Source: an uncultured virus (IMG/VR IMGVR_UViG_2888703769_000002)
Taxonomy: Duplodnaviria > Heunggongvirae > Uroviricota > Caudoviricetes
IMG/VR virus record: IMGVR_UViG_2888703769_000002
Direction: 5' to 3' (one strand)
DNA length: 64,000 nt
Shown here one piece after another: positions 57,120-64,000 of this stretch (its first letter is position 1; each line of letters begins with the position of its first letter). The notes beneath the pieces are model-generated. The model made no database searches. It was not told where the DNA came from and saw only the letters and a list, made by a program, of their open reading frames with translations. A program made the position numbers and the translations under genes.

Positions 57120-57865
57120 CAAGATCTCCTCCGTTTCTTTTCTTGAATTTTGATGTTACGTTCATATACAAACTTTGGAAGCGGAAACAGAAGTCCTGTT
57201 CTTTCTCTCCACAGTTCAATAGAACTTCTCTGGTCAGCCTTACCCTCTACTAAATCCCTTGGGTTTTCATAGCACCACGTCACGTACTTTTCGAATTCAC
57301 TAGGCGTTAAACCGTTTATTAATGCCAGATCACTGGCAACGTTATCGAATTTTTTCTGAGCCTCCTCACATAAAGATTTAGCCCACTCAAAAGGATTAAT
57401 AGCGCCTTTATAACTATTAAGATCTCTGCTCAGAAAGACTAAATTTCCAACATACGTTCCACCGTGCCCCACGCCTATCGCGATGAAGTGATCTACGACA
57501 ACATCTTCCTTAGTGCCGCTTATCTGACAGGATATAATTTTTTTCGATCTTTCTTCAAATGTTTTAACCCTAATCTTCATTGGCAGGGATCGCTCTAAGC
57601 CATTTCTTATTTCTCTTTTTCGGGCTATCACATTCTTATTTCTTCTGTAATGATCTTTTCGGTAGTTTGGATTACGTTTATAAAAAGCTCTTGAGATAGG
57701 TTTAATACATTCTTTGCACCTAGAGACCCTGCCCATAAAACCGTTATTCTGACGCGAAAAAGATTCAAGAGACTTCATCTCTTTACATGCGTTGCAAATC
57801 CTACAAACACAAGCGACTCCATCCGTGTCGACATAAATAATCACTTTAGGAGTCCTACCTCTCAT
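57119..57865 (-). CDS. Free-standing HNH endonuclease with N-terminal Zn finger
   Basis: CNAC...CKEC; VDHFI...GG...N...LN..K; low GC. Confidence 0.8.
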   Translation of the reverse strand: MRGRTPKVIIYVDTDGVACVCRICNACKEMKSLESFSRQNNGFMGRVSRCKECIKPISRAFYKRNPNYRKDHYRRNKNVIARKREIRNGLERSLPMKIRVKTFEERSKKIISCQISGTKEDVVVDHFIAIGVGHGGTYVGNLVFLSRDLNSYKGAINPFEWAKSLCEEAQKKFDNVASDLALINGLTPSEFEKYVTWCYENPRDLVEGKADQRSSIELWRERTGLLFPLPKFVYERNIKIQEKKRRRS

Positions 57866-58389
57866 TCGCTCGCCTCCCGTCTCAATTTCGCCATTACACC
57901 GTCAGCCTTCGCTTTATACTCCACATCCCCAAACGTCTCGTATAGGCGCATGTTATCGTTGTATTCGTCCAGCAACTCGTCAGTCTTCCGTTTGCGTTTC
58001 GCAACTTCCTGCGCACTTAATACCCGCGCCGTCTTCGGCGTTTCCATCGGCCCTTTCGCCCTCCCAACCGCCTCCTTTTTCGCGTAGCCTATTCCGAAAG
58101 AATAATCATCCGCAAAATGAAACGCCGCGCCCGACGGCTCCGGATAATTCGTCTCGTCGTACTCTAAAAGGTAATCTTCCGCGAACTGTTTCCGACATAC
58201 TAGCCGCAGATCCGTTTCGAACGCGTCGAGGAATTCACCGTTTATGGCGTCGGTCAGCTCGAACTCGACGTATTCACTTACGCCCCACTCATCGGTTTCC
58301 TTTACTTCGCGCCAAGCCTCGACGTAGAATATCCGATTTTCGTACCCGGCAACCGAGACGATATCTCCGAAGGTGAATTCCGTTTTCAT
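57862..58389 (-). CDS. Hypothetical phage protein (SH3-like N-terminus, IDEAL-like C-terminus)
   Basis: FTFGDIV; DELLDEYND. Confidence 0.7.
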   Translation of the reverse strand: MKTEFTFGDIVSVAGYENRIFYVEAWREVKETDEWGVSEYVEFELTDAINGEFLDAFETDLRLVCRKQFAEDYLLEYDETNYPEPSGAAFHFADDYSFGIGYAKKEAVGRAKGPMETPKTARVLSAQEVAKRKRKTDELLDEYNDNMRLYETFGDVEYKAKADGVMAKLRREASE

Positions 58390-59165
58390 CTACGCATCCC
58401 CCTTTTCGATTCGCCTACGAATTCAATCTCGCGGCATAGGTCGCCCACCCGATCGGCAAGACGTCGCTCACCGAATACTTGCCAAAGCTGATCGAGCGCA
58501 ATGTTGCTCGTGTAGATCGTCGGTAGCTGATTCGTTATTCTTGCGTTAATAACGGTATGCAAATCGCCGCGGAAGCCGTCCGTTGCATCGCGTACCCCTA
58601 TATCGTCCAGCACGGCAAATGGCGCCTTCTTTGCGGCCTCAAGCGCGCGATAGTACCGGGCCGCCGCCGGCTCTGCGACTGAATCCGGAACACGCGGACG
58701 GTTGAATTCGTTATAGTCGTTCTGCCACGCATTTACGTCGAGGAAATACGCCGGCCGCTGCAACGGATCGAGGCCACGCCGCAGGGAGCCGCTATAATGG
58801 ACGCGCAGCCATTCGTTAAGAAGTGCGGCGGCCGTCGTCGTCTTTCCGGTGCCCGGCGATTCGCTGAACAGATATAGGTCTTTGATGCGGTCGGCCGGCG
58901 CAACCGGTCCGCTCTGTTCGAACTGCCGCGCAAAGGATGCCGCATAAGCCTCGGCCGCCTTATAAGCTTCGGATTGGTCAGCGCGAGCCGGCGAATTCTT
59001 CAGCGTGACAAGCCGGTACTCTTTCGGAAGCCCTGCCGCCGCTGATCGTCCTCCTCCGCCCGATGCGCCGTGCATCGCGATAAAATGCGTACAGTGCCGC
59101 GTACATGCGTCGGTCCCGGCCGCTTTACATCCGTCAGCGAGTACGCAAGTATTTTCGTTAGTCAT
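58386..59165 (-). CDS. DnaC/IstB-like helicase loader ATPase
   Basis: PGTGKTT, VLDDIG, TIYTSN, RLADR. Confidence 0.9.
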   Translation of the reverse strand: MTNENTCVLADGCKAAGTDACTRHCTHFIAMHGASGGGGRSAAAGLPKEYRLVTLKNSPARADQSEAYKAAEAYAASFARQFEQSGPVAPADRIKDLYLFSESPGTGKTTTAAALLNEWLRVHYSGSLRRGLDPLQRPAYFLDVNAWQNDYNEFNRPRVPDSVAEPAAARYYRALEAAKKAPFAVLDDIGVRDATDGFRGDLHTVINARITNQLPTIYTSNIALDQLWQVFGERRLADRVGDLCREIEFVGESKRGMRR

Positions 59166-59503
59166 ATTCGCGGACCTCCTTCCGATCAATTCGTTTTCTT
59201 ATCGTTCTCTCATGCTTCGAGCGCATCCGCTTATCTGCACCCTTTACCCGGGGTTCCGGATACATTGCGTCGTAAGTCCAATCGTACCCGCTATACTTTT
59301 TAAACACCGTTGTTTTCAAGCGTCTATGGTACGTCACTCACGCGCCTCCTTTCGTTAATTCTTTCGCAGGGTAAACTCCGCTCTAACCTTCTGATCCCAC
59401 GAGTTACATATGAATTTTCCGCCAGTAGCCGTGTAACCCTTTCGATTTAACCACTCGACCATAGCTTCGACTATTTCCGCCTGACTCATCGTATATTTTA
59501 CGT

Positions 59504-60538
59504 TCATTCGCACACCTCTTCGCGTGAGTCGTCGATAATCGTTAGGTCAGCGTTATCTATAAAATCGTAACCTCCGCCGACATATCGGTATTTACCATCC
59601 GCAATTTCTCTAATCTTTGCTTCGTAACTGTCATCGCCGAGTTCGCCTTCACGGCATAACTGGTAGTAGTAATCCGCGTACTTGCCGCGAACAACGTCCC
59701 CCACACGAACCTCAGTCGGCTGCGGAGCGTTCAAGTATTCGTCTGGCACCGTCAGGCCTAGCGCACGTCTTAGCGCGATCGCACGACCAATATGAACGTT
59801 GAAGCAGTCGGACGGTGCGGCTTTGGCGATTCCTCGCGCTACGATTTGACCATCCGCTATCCACCGTAAAATTGTGACTACGGTTCTTTTCTCGCAATTT
59901 ACGATAAATTCCGCTTTCGTATTCCGTCCATAAGCGTAGTAGTAACCGTATTTATTCGCCAGTTTCTCAACGTCCGCTTTCGCCTGCTCAACGATTTCAT
60001 CACGGCGTGCTTGGGTATTAATAGACGTCTTCATTTTCGCCAACTTTCGCTGAACTTGTTTAGCCGCTTGAAATCCTTCTTGAAATGTGCGCTTTTTAAT
60101 CGCCTCCATTACCGCATCACCATGCGCTAGTAACTCATCGTATCCCATTGCGTTCAAATCGATTTTCATTTCGTCAGCCTCCTCGTTTTTAACTTCGCTA
60201 TTGACGATGACTTCGTATTCTTTGTGCCATAGCGTCATAAATTCGTTTTCATCTACTCGTACGCCGGTTTCTCCGGATTCTCTTACGGTAAATACATCGC
60301 CCACTAGATACTTACCTTTCGTATTAGTCGGTGCAGTTAATAGCACACGCTCACCAACCGCCGCCTTCCGCTTTTCTGTGACGATGAGTTCTGCGTCTTC
60401 TTTTAATACATTCACGGAATGTAAGATATACTCGTTTTCATTTTCGTCGATTACGGTAAACACTCTTCCGATATAGACAGAGTAAGCTAGATCGGAACTT
60501 TTCGCCTTCTTAATCCGCACATATTTTTTCGTTACCAT
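59504..60538 (-). CDS. Hypothetical phage protein
   Basis: RKAAVGE repeat; GIAKAAPSDCFNVHIGRAIALRRA motif. Confidence 0.75.
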   Translation of the reverse strand: MVTKKYVRIKKAKSSDLAYSVYIGRVFTVIDENENEYILHSVNVLKEDAELIVTEKRKAAVGERVLLTAPTNTKGKYLVGDVFTVRESGETGVRVDENEFMTLWHKEYEVIVNSEVKNEEADEMKIDLNAMGYDELLAHGDAVMEAIKKRTFQEGFQAAKQVQRKLAKMKTSINTQARRDEIVEQAKADVEKLANKYGYYYAYGRNTKAEFIVNCEKRTVVTILRWIADGQIVARGIAKAAPSDCFNVHIGRAIALRRALGLTVPDEYLNAPQPTEVRVGDVVRGKYADYYYQLCREGELGDDSYEAKIREIADGKYRYVGGGYDFIDNADLTIIDDSREEVCE

Positions 60539-60565
60539 TCCGCAATCCCTCCTCGTTAATTTACG

Positions 60566-60934
60566 TCAAAACCACGTATTATCTACGCCTTCATTGCGTT
60601 CGGCTCTTTGCTGTTCGGCTGCCAGACCGCTCGCCGCCCTCTGTAAATTTCGCCCCATGAACGTCTGCATAAATCCGAAGCTCAAGCCCGGATATTCAAG
60701 CGACGGTTTATATTCCGCGAAGCACAGATCGATGAAGCGCTTCGTTAATTCCGGCCCATACACGCCTGGCTTGCGTTTAGTGCCGACCCATCGTCCGAGC
60801 ATGCCCGCTTCGGCTTGGTAGCCACGAAAAGGTACGTACGGGACACCGTAGAGCCGTTCGTGCTCCGCTTTGAGGTACGCCTGGAAATCGCGCGTGTTCC
60901 ACTTGGCGACCGGCTTTGATTCATACGTTGTCAT
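60566..60934 (-). CDS. Hypothetical phage protein
   Basis: AAGGAAG RBS before MTTYESK. Confidence 0.7.
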   Translation of the reverse strand: MTTYESKPVAKWNTRDFQAYLKAEHERLYGVPYVPFRGYQAEAGMLGRWVGTKRKPGVYGPELTKRFIDLCFAEYKPSLEYPGLSFGFMQTFMGRNLQRAASGLAAEQQRAERNEGVDNTWF

Positions 60935-61304
60935 CTTCGTCACTTCCTTCGTACTTATATTCACGTAGTACATCCGTTAAGGAAATAGAACCTATCGAAC
61001 CACTTCCGATGAATCTTCGTAATTGTTCTTTTCGGTCGGCTTTCGGAGGAGCGTAACACGCGGCTTTTAATTCCGCCTCAAGCTCCGCAATGTGATCGAG
61101 TAGCGCTGGAATGTCTTGGCGTGCGTTTGCGATGAAGTCTGCGTATACATCTCCGCTAGTCATACAAACCGAATGAACTTCACAAGATCCCGGTGGATAT
61201 TCGTAGGACACGTCTGTTCTATCCGAAACAAACCACCGCGCATCCCCAACCGCTTCCGCGCGCTTACGGATTTCTTCGAGCTGTTCCTTATTCAACCGAT
61301 TCAT
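60921..61304 (-). CDS. Hypothetical protein (Ead/Ea22-like FIANARQDIPALL motif)
   Basis: Motif common in phage early genes. Confidence 0.7.
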   Translation of the reverse strand: MNRLNKEQLEEIRKRAEAVGDARWFVSDRTDVSYEYPPGSCEVHSVCMTSGDVYADFIANARQDIPALLDHIAELEAELKAACYAPPKADRKEQLRRFIGSGSIGSISLTDVLREYKYEGSDEDDNV

Positions 61305-61536
61305 ACTTAACGCCAACCTTTCGTTTTATTTTCGTAAGATTTCCGCCCTTTACCGCAAATTTATAACGTCCGTGTCCGTGAACCTTAACGAAGTAATATC
61401 CGCTATTTAAGAATCTCCACGGCCTTGAATCTACACGTCCGTTTATTATTACGCCGCCCTTTGCGATTAACTCGGACGCTTCTTTATACGACGTACCGAT
61501 CAACCGGACAACGGCGCGATCCAGGCGGAGCATCAA
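61288..61536 (-). CDS. S4-like domain protein
   Basis: RLDRAV...SYKEASELIAKGGVIING. Confidence 0.65.
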   Translation of the reverse strand: MMLRLDRAVVRLIGTSYKEASELIAKGGVIINGRVDSRPWRFLNSGYYFVKVHGHGRYKFAVKGGNLTKIKRKVGVKYESVE

Positions 61537-61868
61537 TCGTTCACTCCTTCGATTTTGATTCCGAGAAGGTTTAACGTCTCTTTTACCGCAGCCCTTGCGG
61601 ATTCACATGCCACTTCGATAAACGGATCGTCTGAGTCGCAATAGTCCGACCACAGACTTTCGTAATACTCCCGCAACTTTTCCTCCGGCGTCTTTTTGAC
61701 TTCGTATCCGTTGACCAATGCGGCCGCAAGCGTTAGAATGTCTAGTTTCGCAAGCTTACCGCCTATAACCTCGTCACAAGCCGCCTCAAGGATATGTATA
61801 TCGAGATCGCCGGATCGACGATACGCTTCTAATTCCTTCGCCTGTTCCTTCGTGATTGTCGGCTTCAT
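61533..61868 (-). CDS. Hypothetical phage protein
   Basis: ALVNGYEV, LNLLGIKIEGVN motifs. Confidence 0.75.
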   Translation of the reverse strand: MKPTITKEQAKELEAYRRSGDLDIHILEAACDEVIGGKLAKLDILTLAAALVNGYEVKKTPEEKLREYYESLWSDYCDSDDPFIEVACESARAAVKETLNLLGIKIEGVND

Positions 61869-62047
61869 TTTAGCGCCTCCTTTGCGTGTAAATTAATTTC
61901 ATATAACGCAGTAACCGGAACCAAATCGACGCTTTCTTCGGGCAACTGCGACTTTATTTCGATCACCCTCAACGCCGCCGTCAACCGCTCATTCTCGCCA
62001 ATCAAATCCGCCACAGCACAACGCAATCGTTTAACTTCTTCTGTCAT
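61865..62047 (-). CDS. Small hypothetical protein
   Basis: RBS present; ATGA overlap with the next gene. Confidence 0.6.
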   Translation of the reverse strand: MTEEVKRLRCAVADLIGENERLTAALRVIEIKSQLPEESVDLVPVTALYEINLHAKEALK

Positions 62048-62082
62048 GTTTTCGCCGCCTCTCCGCCGTTTTATCGTCTACC

Positions 62083-62406
62083 CTACCGAATACCCTCGAC
62101 CGTCAGTAACGCCGCTAATTCGCCGCGGAATTCCCGTATTAATCGTGCTAATTCCGCCAGCGATGTCGCATCCGAAGACCTCAACCGTCGGTTCATTACG
62201 TCCATCAGCGCGCGTTCGACCGTCGAGTGAAACGCTACCTCGCGCCACTTTTCCTGCGGCGTTGGGTCGGCGTCCGGATTTTCGGCGAGTCGCTTCGCCC
62301 AGTTCGGCGCTTTCGTCGGGTCGCTGAAGTAGCGCTCCTTTACGATGATATTGCGTTCGTCTGACGTGAGTTGATAATCGGGTGATACCGGAATGTTAAT
62401 CGTCAT
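62083..62406 (-). CDS. Hypothetical phage protein (DUF5405-like)
   Basis: YQLTSDERNII...FHSTVE. Confidence 0.7.
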   Translation of the reverse strand: MTINIPVSPDYQLTSDERNIIVKERYFSDPTKAPNWAKRLAENPDADPTPQEKWREVAFHSTVERALMDVMNRRLRSSDATSLAELARLIREFRGELAALLTVEGIR

Positions 62407-62439
62407 GGTTATCGTTACTCCTTTCGTTATTTAATAAGA

Positions 62440-62645
62440 CATAGCAATCGTTCGCTTTCGCTCACTCTTGCAGATAATATTTATCGCGATAAGATTCTAT
62501 TAATTAATAAGTATCTGCGCGAAAGGTTTTTAATTGAGCGCTATTATTTATCTAGTTATTAATGGCTCTAGTTAAAAGATGGTTCTAGTTAGTGTAAAGT
62601 CGAGCCGTGTATGGGTCCGCCGTGTATGGCTCGGCGTCACATGGC
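62440..62645. other. Putative replication origin
   Basis: GCCGTGTATGG twice, TCTAGTT three times, AT-rich tract right after the initiator-like gene. Confidence 0.55.
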
Positions 62646-63064
62646 TACGTAAGCTCCTCCGTATCTCCATCGAATATCGCGAGCTGGCTGATCGGCATGA
62701 TCGTATATCTTGCGTTATCCCATCGCTGCGTCTTCGGGTCCCGCGCCTTCTGCTTTACGACTAACGGCCGCTCTTGCCACCGATATTCGCACAGCGCTTT
62801 GATCCGCCTGTTCGCCGCAGCCCGACTGAGATTTAGCGCGCTGGCTATCTGATCTTGCGTCGGGTAACATTCGCCATTAGCGTTCATGAACGAAGACAGT
62901 ACGCAAAGAGTCTGCCAACGCTCCGCCCCGATATCCGCTATAAGGCCTTTCTTGACGGCGTCGACGTACATCTTAACGAAGATGCGCGTTTCGGCCTTGC
63001 CGGACGTGACGTTGTATTCCGATTGAGATTCGACGGATACGAGACGCTGATGTTCGTCGGTCAT
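62645..63064 (-). CDS. Winged-HTH replication initiator-like protein
   Basis: CYPTQDQIASALNLSRAAANRRIKAL (HTH_36-like). Confidence 0.75.
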   Translation of the reverse strand: MTDEHQRLVSVESQSEYNVTSGKAETRIFVKMYVDAVKKGLIADIGAERWQTLCVLSSFMNANGECYPTQDQIASALNLSRAAANRRIKALCEYRWQERPLVVKQKARDPKTQRWDNARYTIMPISQLAIFDGDTEELT

Positions 63065-63079
63065 TCGTAATCACCCCGT

Positions 63080-63529
63080 CTAGGATATTCTCTGCAGCGA
63101 AAACAGTTTTTCTATGGCAGCTTTAATATCTGTAAAATCATTGAACAACCTCTCAGCATACCCGTTTCTGCATTTTCGCTTTTCAAAACGGAAAGTTATT
63201 TCTCGACTGACTTCGCCCGCAGGATAATAGGCTACCCTTCTCGTTTCCGGATCTGTAATCGCAAAAATGTCTACATCGTCTTTTGTATAGTGCAGTTTTT
63301 TATATGGGTTACGTGGGCTTGCTGATTTTCTAATGTCCGCTACTAGAACCTTGTCATCTTTCCGCTTTCCTGTTTTAACCTGTATTTTGAAATTTTCGTT
63401 CCCAATTTGCGCAACCAAATCGTACTCTAAATCTGGCTGGCTTGGATTTAAAACGACAATCCCTTGGAAAAGAAGATCTGATTCAACTAGTCTTTCTGAT
63501 GCGTACCCGATCATTCCTCTGCTATTCAT
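63080..63529 (-). CDS. PD-(D/E)XK endonuclease (I-Ssp6803I-like)
   Basis: G.ASE, YDLV, KIQVKT, YTKDDVDIFA. Confidence 0.82.
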   Translation of the reverse strand: MNSRGMIGYASERLVESDLLFQGIVVLNPSQPDLEYDLVAQIGNENFKIQVKTGKRKDDKVLVADIRKSASPRNPYKKLHYTKDDVDIFAITDPETRRVAYYPAGEVSREITFRFEKRKCRNGYAERLFNDFTDIKAAIEKLFSLQRIS

Positions 63530-63978
63530 GCGGATATCTCCTTCGATACACTTCGTATAATCTGTGGAAGCTCTCGATAATCATCAAAGAACAGCCGACC
63601 ATTTTCTCCAACGAATCCGTTTTTGCAGGGTGTATCTGTGTATCTCAACGTAATGCTTCGTTTGTGTGTAATACTCCGCCAATCAATATACGCGATCTTA
63701 TTTGTTGCGAAATCATATAACGCTAAAACATCGAAATCGTCTTTTGTGTAGAAACGACAGGCTGCACTTGATCGCGTTAGATCGAATTTAACTTTTTCGA
63801 GGTCTTCGGAGCGAGCACTTTTCACTTGAATGCGCACAAGATTTCCGTTTTGAATTACCGCAATATCACACTCCGTATTGTCTATCTCCGGTTCAAATGG
63901 TACGTAATTCTTCATAAGTAAATCACCCTTTACGAAAAGTTCGGCTGCGGCTCCGTTGATTCTCATTTGTGGTAACAT
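63526..63978 (-). CDS. PD-(D/E)XK endonuclease (I-Ssp6803I-like)
   Basis: GAAAE, CDIAV, RIQVKS, YTKDDFDVLA. Confidence 0.82.
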   Translation of the reverse strand: MLPQMRINGAAAELFVKGDLLMKNYVPFEPEIDNTECDIAVIQNGNLVRIQVKSARSEDLEKVKFDLTRSSAACRFYTKDDFDVLALYDFATNKIAYIDWRSITHKRSITLRYTDTPCKNGFVGENGRLFFDDYRELPQIIRSVSKEISA

Positions 63979-64000
63979 TCGAATTCCTCCTCTGTGTGTG

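Larger units (their letters stand above)
1..64000. mobile_element. Temperate siphovirus-type (pro)phage, Bacillus-like; both ends lie outside the window
   Basis: Contiguous lysis, tail, head, packaging, nucleotide metabolism and replication modules, plus arbitrium locus and Xre repressors. Confidence 0.97.

Overview
The whole window is the interior of a temperate siphovirus-type (pro)phage of a Bacillus host (host inferred from protein families and RBS style). No host genes or att sites are visible. Almost all genes are on the minus strand. From right to left they are: replication and recombination (initiator, DnaC-like loader, helicase, primase, family A polymerase, SSB, RuvC), an arbitrium locus (aimR-aimP) upstream of a sigma-like gene, nucleotide metabolism (nrdIEF, dut, thyX, dNMP kinase), a C5 methyltransferase, late regulators, a plus-strand accessory island with an ATP-dependent ligase, a ~0.9 kb non-coding region, then packaging, head, tail and lysis. 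Features the ORF track misses or splits include: two group I introns (an ORF-less one in the tape measure gene and a GIY-YIG-encoding one in nrdE), the aimP pro-peptide (predicted signal ELRPGG), a 40-bp motif present twice that may be the promoter for the sigma-like protein, a tRNA-like RNA with an ~80-nt insert in place of the anticodon arm, a methyltransferase with an extra N-terminal target-recognition domain and an internal start, a structured leader before SSB, a -1 frameshift site in the tail chaperone, and two apparently frameshifted genes. All family assignments come from motif recognition by eye; no database searches were run.
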